DNA of 64,000 bases from Eledone cirrhosa. Its lineage: Eukaryota. The notes beneath the pieces were generated by a model. The model had not been told where the DNA came from. It saw only the letters and a list, made by a program, of their open reading frames with translations, and ran no database searches. Location: positions 206,832,001-206,896,000 of the forward strand of contig OZ024742.1 in the NCBI GenBank assembly GCA_964016885.1, read 5' to 3'. Position numbers and translations under genes: made by a program. This document shows positions 1-13,700 of the stretch, one piece after another. Within the stretch, counting starts at the first letter, position 1, and every line of letters begins with the position of its first letter.

Positions 1-2445
1 AAAGATACAGCTCACCTTGAGGAACAAATATGGGAAAATATAACAGTTGAACAGTTGCGCTTGTCTTTTCCTGGAAATCCCCAGGAAAAGACAAAATACA
101 AAACTTTTGGATAAATGCCTTCACAGAGTCTCGTGAGCTGTTAGCACAACTTTACAATGAAATAGTTAAGGAGCCAGAAAAGATACCATCATGGCTAGTT
201 AACGGCATTACATTCCTGCTTCCGAAGAATGATGAGAAACAATCCTAAAAATTACAGACCGATAACTTGCTTGACCACAATGTATAAAATTTTAACATCA
301 GTCCTAACTGAATACACATATGACCACCTGATAACAAATGACCTATTTCCCAATGAGCAGAAAGGGTGTAAACGAGGCTCATATGGCTGTAAGGATCAGC
401 TTCTGGTTAACAAAATGATACTGGAAGATTGTCATAATAGACACAAAAATCTATCGATTGCTTGGATAGATTATAAAAAAGCATTCGATAGTTTGCCACA
501 CAGTTGGATTGAAAAATGTTTAGAGATTTTCAAAATATCCCCCGTTGTCAGGAGGTTTTTGTCATTCAGTATGAAGACATGGAAAACGACACTCCTTTTG
601 AATAGTGAAACAAAATCACTGGAAGCTGGAGAAGTTAATATTAATTGTGGAATTTTTCAGGGTGACTCTTTATCACCGCTTTTATTCTGCATCGCACTTA
701 TACCATTAAGTAAAATGCTCAATGAAACAAAACATGGATATAAAGTCTATGACAAAACCATTAATCACTTGTTCTACATGGATGACCTGAAACTATTTGC
801 AAAAAATGATGAACAATTGCAAGGGCTATTATCCACTGTGGAGCAGTTCAGTGATGACATTAAAATGGAGTTTGGACTAGATAAATGCGCCAAAGCAACG
901 TTTACCAGAGGAAAGCTGCTGAATCGGGGGAACGTGATAAGAGAACTTGATCAAGAAAAAACTTACAAATATCTAGGTGTTTGTGAAGGAGACGGAATCA
1001 AGCACTCGACAATGAGGGAAAGGATAAGGAAGGAATGTTACCGCAGAGTAAGAGCAATCTTAAGAACGGAATTGAATGCAAGGAATAGGATCGATGCCAT
1101 AAACACGCTTGCCATACCAGTAGTAACCTACAGTTACAATGTCATCAACTGGTCAAGCACAGAGATCCGTAGGCTCGATACAAAAATTCGAAAATTCTTA
1201 ACCATACACAGAATGCATCACCCTAAGGCAGATATAGATAGAATATATCTCCCTAGGAAAGAAGGAGGACGTGGGTTAATCCAGTTAGACATTGCGTTGA
1301 AAACTGCAACAATTGGATTATCTACATATTTAAGGGAATCACATGATTGGATGATCAAACTCGTTTTGAAACACGAAAGCATCAAAAGATCATATTCCAT
1401 TACAAAAGATGCACAAAGATACAGTAATGGACTACAAATTTCAGAAGTCCCATTTACTGCTGAAATGGAAAACACAGAAAAAGCAAAGCAGGTAAAAGTA
1501 ACTGCAAAGAAAGAACTGCTACAGAAACTGGCTAAGAAATGGCAAGAAAAGCCTCTGTATGGAAATACCCAGAGCGAGCTAACAATCCTGATGTTGACAA
1601 AACTTTAACCCATCAGTGGTTGGCATCCTCTGGACTGAAATCGGAGACTGAAGGACTGATTATATCAGCACAAGATCAGTGTCTGCCAACAAGAAATTAC
1701 CAAGCCAACATAATAAAAAATGGATGCAGCCCATTATGCCGTGTATGCAAAAAACAACCAGAGACCATTGACCATATAATTTCAATGTGCAGTCCTATAG
1801 CTCCAACCGAATACCTAAACAGGCATGACAGAGCTGCACAATACATACATTGGATAATGTGTAAGCATTTTGACCTGCCCCATCAAAAGAATTGGTGGGA
1901 GTATCAACCACCTCCCATACTTGAAAAAGATCACATCTCAATCTTGTGGAATTTAGCATCCAAACAGACCGAAAAATAGATGCAAATAGACCTGATATAA
2001 TATTGAAGGACTTTAAAAAGAGGGTATGCCTGCTAATTGATATGTCCGTTCCAATAGACAAGAATGTATATATAAAAACATTTGAAAAATTGAGTAAGTA
2101 TAAGGACCTGGAGATAGAAATTGGAAAAATGTGGAAATTGAGAACTAAAACAATACCAGTGGTTGTAGGCGCTCTGGGAATGATACCTAAGGGGTCTAAT
2201 GATTACTTATCGCAAATCCCAGGAAACCCGCGTATAGGAGAAATACAAAAGATAGTACTAATGGGAACTGCCCATATACTAAGGAAGATTCTGTCAATAT
2301 AAGTACATCACAAGTCTAAACACTAAAGATGCATGTGTGAGTATGTATGTTCTTTCTTGAACATGGCGGACCTTGTTGTCTCTTGAGGTCACTGGTTGTG
2401 ACTTGGTGATAACTCGTATGAACATAAAGCAAGATAAATGCAACT

Positions 2446-2447
<2 letters not shown>
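1..2447 (+). mobile_element. R4/Dong-like non-LTR retrotransposon, family B (cut by window start, frameshifted)
   Basis: ORFs 229-1608, 1539-1979 and 1946-2302 give RT ([35 protein letters not shown]), a C-x2-C zinc knuckle (CRVC..ETIDHIISMC) and an RLE (RPDII..LIDMSVP..K). A 3' UTR is followed by (TAA)n at 2447-2491. Confidence 0.92.
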
Positions 2448-2491
<44 letters not shown>

Positions 2492-2493
<2 letters not shown>

Positions 2494-4460
2494 GAAAGAC
2501 CGAATCAAGGATAATGATGTTACCAACTATAGAACTATCACATGTCTGTCCGTAATGTGGAAACTGTTGACAAGCATTATGTCTGAGGGAATCTACCATC
2601 ACCTCCACACAAACAAACTTGTTACCGGACGAACAGAAAGGATTCCGAAAGAAGTCCCGTGGTACAAAGGACCAGTTACTTATTGATAAGATGGTAATGT
2701 GGAATTGCAAGAGGAGACACACTGGTCTTGCCATGGGATGGATAGACTACAAAAAGGCATTTGACATGGTGCCTCATTCTTGGATCACCAAAAGCCTATA
2801 GATATTCAAGGTGGCAGATAACATCATACAGTTGTTGGGCAAAAGTATGAAGTCCTGGAAAACAGAGTTAACATCAGCTGGAGAATCCTTGGGAGGCGTG
2901 AAGATCAAGATACAAGTTGGGAAAGGGAGAGCTTATCATCAATCACGTCCTCTTCATGGGCGATCTTAAGCTCTTCGGGAAGAATGAGAAGGAGTTGGAT
3001 GTGCTTGTTGACACTGTCCGTATTTTCAGCAATGATATATGTATGCAATTTGGTATCAGTAAGTGTGGAGTCCTTGTGTGAAGAGGGGTAAATTGAGCAG
3101 AAGCAACGGAATCCAGGTACCAACAGGTGAGGTGATAAAGGAAATTGACACTGAAGAAGGATACACGTATTTGGGTTTTCTGGAGGCTGATGACATCAAG
3201 AACAAAAAAAATGAAGGAATTGATAAGATCTGAATACATTCGGAGAGTAAGGAGCGTATTAATTCACATATGAACAGTAGGAATGCCATAAGTGCAGTAA
3301 ATTCCCGAGCTGTGTCTATTATTAGGTACAGTGCGGGAATTCTGAGATGAAATGTTGCTGAACAAAAAGAAATGGATAGGAAGACTAGGAAGCTATTGAC
3401 TATCTACAACATGTTCCACAAGAGGAGTGATGTCGATAGACTCTACTTAAGGAGATCTGAAGGAGATCAGCATAGAGGACTGTGTTCAGATGGAGAAAAA
3501 CAACCTACCCAAATACGTGACTGATAGTAAGGAGCCAATGCTCAGAATTGTACTGAAGGAGAGGATAATAGACCAGGGGATGTCCAAGGAGGAAATAACA
3601 ACAAGGAGAAAGAGCAGCCTTCATGAAAAATCCCTTCATAGTACCTTCTTTGAGAAAACGGAATTCAAAGATTCACAGACATGGAACTGGTTGAAAAGAG
3701 GAGACCTTAAAAAGGCTACAGAAGGAATGCTAATGGCTGCGCAAGAGCAGGCCCTCAAACGAAGTGGTTGAAACACCATATTTACAAGGAAGAGGCTAGC
3801 CCACTGTGCAGGATCTGTGGAGAGAGAGAGGGGACTGTGGCTCACATTGTATCCGAGAGTAAACACCTAGCCCAGACTCACTATAAGGGCTGGAGACATG
3901 ATGTGATGGGCAGGGTGATTCACTGGCACCTATGCAAAGTAAACAATTTACCACATTCTGAGAAGTGGTATGAGCATAAGCCAGAGTCGGTGATAGAAAA
4001 TGATCAGAGGAAGGTGCTGTGGGAATTTAGGATACAGACGGACAAGAAACTGGAACACAATAGACCTGACGTGGTGGTTTTGGACAAGGAAAACAGATCG
4101 TGCCTGATTGTGGATGTGACCTGCCCATTCGACACGAGAGTGCAAGAGAAGGAGAGGGAGAAAATTAACCGATACCAGGTAAATAGGATTTGGAACTTCC
4201 ATGAAGTCAAAGTGGTCCCGATTGTCATAGGAGCACAAGGTACTATCTCAAAAGGTTTCCAGGGATGGTTAAAGAAAATTGGTCCCGCCTCGCTTTTTGG
4301 AACGCTTCAAAAGGCATGTTTGCTGGGAACAGCAAGAACCCTCCGATACGTCCTGATTATCTGAGGCTGCTGGTAGTGGCTTGATATTCATTTCAACAAA
4401 TTTTCCAGTTAACTAACATCAATGACTGAGACTCAAAAAACAACAATAATAATAATAATA
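2492..4460 (+). mobile_element. R4/Dong-like element, family A, 5'-truncated degenerate copy
   Basis: Near-identical to 6781-9040, with stops, frameshifts and a deletion of the GIFQGD motif at ~2910. Flanked on both sides by TAA repeats. Confidence 0.92.
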
Positions 4461-4827
4461 GGGAAGAAAACGCACATGGTTGATATATATCGTTATGAAA
4501 TCGGTCCCGTAAGTTTTTGATTTTTACTTATTTAAAACAACTGTGATAGAATAATTCTTATTACAAATGAAATATAAGATTACAGTTTTTTACCCTCAGC
4601 AGGCGACAACGCATCACATTACGGCATAGGGCCCCAATATTTAATATTTAATTTTGAATCAGAAATGTTATAGTCGAAAAAGAGAAAAATGGCTAAGTGG
4701 ACAGAGTGGCAAATAATTTCGCCAACAACACCTCCACCGCCACCAATACCACGCCAAAAGCTCTTGTCAAGTTACCTCAACTTCTATTTCTACTTCAACC
4801 TCAACACCATCACTACAGTATTACGAT

Positions 4828-4973
4828 CACATCACCACCACCACTGCCTCATTATCGCTACCGCTACTATTCGCTCCCACTACCTCCTGCTAAGTACTAC
4901 TAGCACATCACCACCACCACCACTGCCTCATTATCGCTACCGCCGTTATTCTCTCCCACTACCTCCTGCTAAG
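4828..4973 (+). repeat. Two-copy tandem duplication (~76 bp) in sequence upstream of the family A ORF
   Basis: cacatcaccaccaccactgcctcattatcgctaccgc...cccactacctcctgctaag occurs twice. Confidence 0.8.
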
Positions 4974-5129
4974 ACAGGCATCATAGTATTCCCACTAAAT
5001 GAGGAACGCATCAAAAGATATAAATAGACTGATTTGATGACCCCCGTCAAAAATTCAAAAATCAAAATCAAAACAGCACAGCAGCAACGAAACACGTAAA
5101 GAAAATAAAAACAAACAGACAAACACACA

Positions 5130-8100
5130 AGCAGAAAAACTAAGTCGGACATTCAAACATTACATTACAATGAAACTTATGCTTATTTTGGGTTTTTTTA
5201 CCTATTTGTTTGTTTGTTTATTTATGTTCGTCTACAGCGTGATAGTGCCACGCTAAAATCACCGAGGGTGATCAAATCACCGGAGGTGATGAAATCACCG
5301 GTGGTTATGTAACCATACATTCACCAATCCTCGATAAGAGTGTTTCAATGTCGAACCTAAACAGTTCGAATAACGGTGAAGTGGAGACTGGAATGTCATG
5401 TGACAGACTCTCACCCAGCAGGTGCTCCCTGGCTCAGCAGCAGGGACCTGGCTGTCAACCAAATATTGCTGGTGTCGGAGGGAGAAGAAGGAAAGGGACC
5501 AGAACCAACTGGACGAAAGAATTGAATAGAACTGTTATGCAATGTTACCTGAAGAGTAACCCCAAGGAAAAAGGCTATAGGAAACGGATGCATAACATCT
5601 GGAACGAGATTGGTCTATTTAAATTAGATGAACAAAAATTGGCCGAGTAGGCTCGGGTAATCAGAACTAATGGGTGGATAAGCGAGCTGGAACAGGAGGA
5701 ACTGAGCAGAGAGATTAGGTTGGAAATGGAGAGTGGAGTATGCCAGGCAAACGAGCCAGTGGGAAATAAAGGTGAAGAGGTTGAGAGAACGGAGGAAACA
5801 TCCAAAGCAGACAATGATCTGAATGCTGAAATAAATAATACCTGGAACAAAAGTTCCGGCCATTGAGGAAATAGAATGCTGACGGGCTAGGACAAGATTT
5901 GGTTGATATCCTAAACTTAGTGGTAGATGAAATGAACGTTGATAGTGGGAAACATATGAACCTAAGATTTGTAGACAGGAAAAAGTTAAAAGAAACAACA
6001 GCTAAGGTAAACAAAGTCATCCCATACCTTGAGGCGAGGAGCCTTCACCAGTGCAACACTATCCTCAAAGCAACACCAAATGCCGTGAGGAGATTACTTG
6101 GCATAAAAGCGAGAGGAAACAACAGACAAGAAAGATCAGAACCTTGGTGGAAGAAACGACTGAATGGTCAAATCAGGGAAATGAGAAATGACATTGGAAA
6201 GCTTGAGTCCCTACTGAATGGGACACTAAAAAATATAGACACTAAAAATAGACTGGAAATAAAGTACAGAACTAGGAGGAAAAGACTACATATTATCATA
6301 GAGGAACTGAAGCAACGCATTGTAGCAAAGAGTGCAAAAATTAGGCGATACGAGAGCAGAGTCAGTCAGTATAGACAGAACTGCATGTTTGACAACAACC
6401 AGAAGATGTTTTTTGGACAGCTTGAAGGGAAAGAAAGAGGCAACGAGTTGATCCCTGAGGCAGAACTAACTAAGACATTCTGGAGAGGAATATGGGAGCA
6501 GGATGTTAAACATAATGACCAGGCAGTGTGGATTGGGACAGTACAAAAGGAGATTAGTGAACAGGCACACCAACAAACTGATTTGAGTATCACAGTTGAA
6601 ACTCTTAAGGGGCAGGCCAAAAAACTAACCAACTGGAAATCACCAGGCCCAGATGGTATGCAAGGGTATTGGATAAAAAATGTAACATCCCTCCACCCGA
6701 AACTGACAGCCATGTTCAATGACTGCTTGATGTCAGGTGAGGTACCAGAGTGGTTGACAAAAGGTACCACAGTTCTGGTAATGAAAGACCGAATCATGGA
6801 TGATGATGTTACCAACTATAGACCTATCACATGTCTGTCCGTAATGTGGAAACTGTTGACAAGCATTGTGTCTGAGGAAATCTACCATCACCTCCACATA
6901 AACAACTTGTTACCGGACGAACAGAAAGGATGCCGAAAGAAGTCCCGTGGTACAAAGGACCAGTTACTTATTGATAAGATGGTAATGAGGAATTGCAAGA
7001 GGAGACACACTGGTCTTGCCATGGGATGGATAGACTGCAAAAAGGCATTTGACATGTTGCCTCATTCTTGGATCTTCAAAAGGCTAGAGATCTTCAATGC
7101 GGCAGATAACATCAGACAATTATTGAGCAAAAGTATGAAGTCCTGGAAAACAGAGTTAACATCAGCTGGAGAATCCTTGGGAGGCGTGAAGATCAAGAGT
7201 GGTATCTTCCAGAGAGATAGTCTGTCCGCTCTGTTGTCTGTCCTTGCCCTGATGCCCCTGACCATTATACTGCGAAAAGTAAGAGCAGGATACAAGTTGG
7301 GAAAGGGGGAGCTTACCATCAATCATGTCCTCTTCATGGACGATCTTAAGCTCTTCGGGAAGAGTGAGAAGGAGTTGGATGTACTTGTTGACACTGTCCA
7401 TATTTTCAGCAATGCTATATGTATGCAATCTAGTATTAGTAAGTGTGCAGTCCTTGTGATGAAGAGGAGTAAATTGAGCAGAAGCAACGGAATCCAGGTA
7501 CCAACAGGTGAGATGATAAAGGAAATTGACACTGAAGAAGGATACAAGTATTTGGGTATTCTGGAGGCTGATGACATCAAGAACAAAAACATGAAGGAAT
7601 TGATAAGATCTGAATACATTCGGAGAATAAGGAGCGTATTAAAGTCACATCTGAACAGTAGGAATGCCATAAGTGCAGTAAATTCCCGAGCTGTGTCTAT
7701 TATTAGGGCGGTGGGTTGGCATTATCGGTAGAGGGTCGGACGCCATGCTTTGACGCATAGAGTTACGGCCCTTGCCATTCTGAGCTCAAATCCCGCAGAG
7801 GTTAACTTTGCCTTTCATCCTTACGGGGTCGATAAAATAAAGTACCAGTAATGAACTGGGTATTTGCTGGCCTTGTGCCAAAAGTAGAAACAATTATTAG
7901 GTACAGTGCGGGAATTCTGAGTTGGAATGTTGCTGAACAAAAAGAAATGGATAGGAAGACTAGGAAGATATTGTCTATCTACAACATGCTCCACAAGAGG
8001 AGTGATGTCGATAGACTCTATTTAAGGAGAGCTGAAGGTGGATGAGGTCTTATCAGCATAGAGGATTGTGTTAAGATGGAGAAAAACAACCTACACAAAT

Positions 8101-9040
8101 ACGTGACTGATAGTAAGGAGCCAATGCTCAGAATTGTACTGAAGGAGAGGATAATAGACCAGGGGATATCAAAGGAGGAAATAACAACAAGGAGAAAGAG
8201 CAGCCTTCATGAAAAATCCCTTCATAGTACCTTCTTTGAGAAAACGGAATTCAGAGATTCACAGACATGGAACTGGTTGAAAAGAGGAGACCTTAAAAAG
8301 GCTACAGAAGGAATGCTAATGACTGCGCAGGAGCAGGCCCTCAAAACGAAGTGGTTGAAACACCATATTTACAAGGAAGAGGCTAGCCCACTGTGCAGGA
8401 TCTGTGGAGAGAGAGAGGGGACTGTGGCTCACATTGTATCCGAGTGTAAACACCTAGCCCAGACTCACTATAAGGGCTGGAGACATGATGTGATGGGCAG
8501 GGTGATTCACTGGCACCTATGCAAAGTAAACAATTTACCACATTCTGAGAAGTGGTATGAGCATAAGCCAGAATCGGTGATAGAAAACGATCAGGTGAAG
8601 GTGCTGTGGGATTTTAGGATACAGACGGACAAGAAACTGGAACACAATAGACCTGACCTGGTGGTTGTGGACAAAGAAAAAAGATCGTGCCTGATTGTGG
8701 ATGTGGCCTGCCCATTCGACACGAGTGTGCAAGAGAAGGAGAGGGAGAAAATTAACCGATACCAGGACTTAAAGTGGGAGGTAAAAAGGATTTGGAACTG
8801 CCATGAAGTCAAAGTGGTCCCGATTGTCATAGGCGCACTAGGTACTATCTCAAAAAGTTTCCAGGGATGGTTTTAAAAAATTGGCCCCTTCACTCTTTTT
8901 GGAACGCTTCAAAAGGCATGCTTGCTGGGAACAGCAAGAACCCTCCGATATGTCCTGAATATCTGAGGCTGCAGGTAGTGGCTTGATATTCATTTCAACA
9001 AACTTTCCAGTTAACTAACATCAATGACTGAGACTCATGA
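5130..9040 (+). mobile_element. R4/Dong-like family A, near full-length copy (single ORF ~5348-8966, disrupted)
   Basis: N-terminal Myb-like segment (WTKELNRTVMQCY), RT (5899-7731), CCHC (CRICGEREGTVAHIVSEC), RLE (RPDLVVVD..IVDVACP). Interrupted by a SINE at 7706-7899. The 5' UTR is shared with 17010-17200. Confidence 0.93.
7706..7899 (+). mobile_element. SINE family 1 (~190 bp, ATT-tailed) inserted in the Dong ORF
   Basis: gggcggtgggttggc...gcctttcatccttacggggtcgataaaataaagtaccag...ggccttgtgccaaaagtagaaacaattatta. The empty site (gtctattattaggtacag) is visible at ~3315; attatta is duplicated. Confidence 0.88.
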
Positions 9041-9629
9041 ATGACTGAAATATGAAAAACTTTTGCACTTTTCTTGTGCAATATTGAAGGATTAAAATGT
9101 AAGAAAGAAGAAAGAGATGAAGAATAAATTAACCAAAGAATAAAAAGAAACAAAGATTGAAAGAAAGAAAATATACTGGATAGGAATCCATCGACTATAA
9201 ACTGTATCACTATATTTGTCCCCCTCCCTTAACAATAATAAAGTAAAGAGAATCAAATGAACAAAAACATTTAAATAATGGAACTATTGACTAAATTGAT
9301 AAATGGTATTCCTTTTCTTGCCTTGCACACCACCACCACCACTACCACCACTGCCGCCACCACCACTACTATCCTCTGTATTCCGTGGTAACTCACTAAA
9401 ATAATTTTATTTTAACAAGAATTTTTGGAAAAATCAGGAATCGATAATATTTTTTGTTTTATTTTTTATAATTTTATTTCTTGGTTTGGGTCAATGGATG
9501 TTTGTATGCGTGTATGTGTATATGTATGTGTTTATGTAGGTGTTTGTGTGAGTCTGTGTCTATATGTGGGTGTTTGTGTGGGTATTTGTGTATTTGTGGG
9601 TGTTTGAGTGGGTACCTGTGTGCATAGAT

Positions 9630-9940
9630 ATTGGTTTACATGTGCATAAGAAGAATCAAATGAAGTGTGCAGGACAGAAGACCATGTTGGTATGGACATG
9701 TTATGTGTATGGATAATGAACATTAAGTGAGGAGTACCAAGAAATCTCAGTGGGAGGAAGGTATAGTAGAGAGAGACCAAGGAAGATGAGAGCAGAAGCT
9801 GTGAGTGCTGATCCCAAACTGGTGAAGTTTACAGAGGAAATGGTAACGGAGTGCGATGAGTGGAGAGATACTTTCGTGGAAAAGACACATTCAACCCATG
9901 CAAGAATAGATAATCCAATGTAAAACTATGATGATGATCA
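9630..9940 (+). mobile_element. Old RTE-clade LINE 3' fragment
   Basis: Homologous to 58720-58960 (tggtatggacatg, gagtggagagat); ends in a (tga)n tail. Confidence 0.65.
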
Positions 9941-10539
9941 TGTTTATGTGTATCTGTAAGTATATGTGGTTGGATTAGTATGTGTATGTGTAAGCATATG
10001 TGGTGGCATTAGTATGCCAATGTGTATGTGTAAGTATATGTGGGGGGTATTAGTATGTCAATGTTATATATACATGTAAGTATATGTAGGAGCTTTAGTA
10101 TGTCAATGTTATATATGTGTAAGAATATGTGGGGGGTGGGGGGTGGATTAGTATGTCAATTTTATATATGTGTTAAAATGTGTCCATCCAATGTGTTGCT
10201 AGAGTTGTCTGTTTGTATTTGATTCATTGCACTTTGCTAATTCACTGTGTAGAGTGATAAGAAACTCTGCATGATGAGTTAAAATACCATTGAGATCAAC
10301 TTTGTCCTTCATTCTTTGGCAGGTAATAAAACAATGTACACATCAGTCTAGTGGATCAATGGAATTGTTTTGTCTGACGAACGAGCTGGATGTTTCTTAC
10401 AAGAATCATCTAGTTTCTTGAAACCTTCAGTAATGAAATAATTATATTGTGTTGTTTATTATGTAATTAAATATCTCTATACAATACATACAGCATTCTT
10501 CTTTCCATTATCTTTTCTACAGAAATAGTTAACACACAC

Positions 10540-10740
10540 ACATATCATCACTATTTAATGCCTATTTTCCCCGATAGCATGTGTTAGACAAGTTGTCCTG
10601 TTGTGAGCAATGCTAGGTTAGGTGACTATGTCTTGTTCAAGTAGAACTGGTTTTGGCTTAGTTTCTACAGCTGGTTGTCCTTCCTAATGCCAACCTAATT
10701 TACAGTGAGTACTGGCTGTTTTTTGTCATGACACCTACAT
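10540..10740 (-). mobile_element. Diverged SINE family 2 3' part (RTE-like tail)
   Basis: Reverse complement of 60460-60575 (ctacagctgg..cttcctaatgccaacc..tttacagtgagt). Confidence 0.6.
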
Positions 10741-13700
10741 GACTACTTTACAATGTGGGCTGGGTGTTTTTTGTCGTGACACCTACACGACCCCTTTACC
10801 ATGTGGGCTGGGCACATTTTGTCATGTTGCCATCATGACCACTGTGTGGTCTGGAGACTTCACTAGATGTATGTTTCAGATTGTCCTCATGGGAGATGTA
10901 TGGGAGGTTGGGCTGGTGCATACTATATATATGCTTCAGTTTCAGCCTGTACCCATGGGAAGGTGGGTCTTCTGTATTACTGCATAAGACCAGAGATCTC
11001 GGTCCTGTGTCATTGTCTTTGAGAGGTGTAATTGGGCAAGGTCAGCTTTTTTCACCTCATCCCAAGTCTTCTTGCATCTTTCCACTCCAAGGCTACCATT
11101 GACTTTGAGTGCTCTGTACCTTTTTTATACAGTTGTCATCCTTCATACGCATATACATGTCCATAACAACGCAATTTATATATATATATATATAGGGAGA
11201 GAGAGAGAGAGAGAGAGAGATACTTCATTGAATATGGAAGGAGGAGGAACAAAGTTGATGCAACATTCAAACTTAGAATATGTATACATTTGGTCCGACT
11301 CTCTAATGATTCTGCTTATCAATTGCTCTATTTTATGACAACTAATTATTAAAGTGTTATTAGTTTTCTTAAATTGGTTTATATATAAAATTATATGAAG
11401 AATGTCATAATAATTTAGGAGTCTAAAGGCATAATAAGTGCTTTATGATATTTCTCTTCAGTGCCTCATATTTCTAAGTTCAAATATTACTATTGGGCAT
11501 CGGCATAACTGTGAGGTTAAGATGTTTACTTCACAACTAAATGGTTCCAGGTTTTGATACCACAATGGCACTTTGGCAAAGTGTTTTCTGTCATACTTTT
11601 TGATTGACTAATACATCATTTGGAAGCCCATTGTATATGCATCCCTGTGTCTATGTGTCTGTGTGTGTTATTTTCTATCAATTAATGTCACTAGGTACTG
11701 CCTTTTGAATAATATATCCTTTAATTCTTGAATTTGCTTATCCTAATTCACAAAAATAGACACAACTATACAGATTCTCCTTGCCAAATTAAATCGTATA
11801 TTTGTTTTTATGTGTTTTGGATGGAGAGAAGTAAATAACATATACTGTTTTGAATTTGTTGGCATGAAGTAGATGTCAGTTTCTCTTTGTCTGCGTCACC
11901 TTTAATAGATCCCAAAAGGTAATTATTTTTCATTGTATTCCATTGTAAATGGAATATTAATTTTTATATTATTAATTAGAGTTTTGAACTCATTAAGTTG
12001 GGCAAGACTGAATCCACAGATAAAAAAAATCATCTAAGTTCTATTTTCAAGTGTCCAATAAATATTTATGGAAGTTGTCATCATATCTTAATCTGGATTG
12101 TTTGTATATTTGGTCTTTAGATATGCTAATTAAGTTGGAGTAAATTTGTTCCAATCGCAGTTTCCTTTGAAATAGAAATAATTATTTTGCTGGACGAATA
12201 TAATTCTTTCAATGATGTATATTTTTCTCTATTTATTCAAGTAGTCCATTAAAAATTTCTTAAGCCAGAATTTGATGGTCTCTTTTGATGTGGAATTATA
12301 GTAAAAATATATCAATAAGAATGTCTTAGCCAATAATTTGGAGTGGGGGAGGTAAAATCCCAGTACTTGAGCCTGTACTTGACTGGTACTTTATTTTTAT
12401 CAACCCTCAAAGGTAGCTTAATATGTTTAAGTAATCTCTCATGAAACTTGGTATTTGTTTTAGAGTATGTTTCAAAGGAATATCCAAAAGTTACTGAGTT
12501 TGTGTTTCACTGAGATTAGTCTTAATTAGTATATTAATATTCTCTAAAGTTGCTTATTATTTTGCTGTTTAGGATTTGGGATAGTCTGTAAAAATTGATG
12601 GTTTTACCTTTAATGTTTGTTAACTAATCACAATCTTCTATTAAAAGTTTTAGATTGAAGGTGATAAGTTTCTTCATTATTTGTTATTGTTGGTAATTGT
12701 TTACCTTTCATAATAAGAATGCTTTCGTGGTCTTGTCCATGGGACCCAGCCCCATCACCGCCATGCACTAGGCCCAGAGCCCTATCACACTCACCCTTCT
12801 TCCTCTCCATTCTTTCGTGACACTAAAGCCTTTGCCTTTCCCTTCCTTTTCCATTTTCTTTTTGTATTTTTTTTTTTACATTTCATTCTTTTTTCTGAAT
12901 CTAAAGAATTTTCTTTCTTTTTCTATTAAATTGTTTTTACTATTATAAACATCAATTTACTACTGTTAAATACATAAATAGAAATTTACTGAAGAGAAGT
13001 ATCTAGTAACCAGGTTAGAGTGAAGTTTTTATAATAGTCAAAATCCATAACCACAGAACTACCCTTGTCTACTTCTTTTATTTATTTTTAAACTCATGAA
13101 GGTTTTACCATTTCTTTTGACTGATAATTGATTTGAATTTTATGTGTGATAATTATATTGAAAGGTGATTAAATAATCACAGAATTTGTCTAATGTTTTT
13201 CTTCTTACTTTTTGAGAAATTGTAGTCAATTTTGTTTCATATAATCAATTCAAATTTATCTTTATCAAATAGTTTTTCTGTTAGGCATAATTTTCAGCTG
13301 AAATCCGAAATATTATCCACTATTTCACTCATCTTTAACAGAATTTTTGTTATTTATGTTTACATGTCAGTTAATTATTATTTTAAATTCATTTAATTTT
13401 CACAATATGCTACTAAAACATTTGGTTGTCAGAAATGAAAACTATAATTTTCTGTTTACACAAAGCAATGACCACTGTCTGATGCATAATTTTACTCTCC
13501 CACTTGATAAAACGGATGCTTATTTTACCTGCTCTGGTAGCATGAAAGGTTACGTTGACCCAGACATAATTTAAGCCATTCAGCCATTGGGTTTAATAAA
13601 TATGCTAACAAGTTTCAAATTTCTATGGCTACAATTCAGTTGTATCATTACAATTTTAAGTTGGTAATGTCGACTATTCATGCTAATTTTATTTGTTGTA

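Noticed and set aside
5256-5309. 18-bp repeats as a CRISPR-like array
   Set aside because: No spacers, no cas genes, eukaryotic retroelement UTR.
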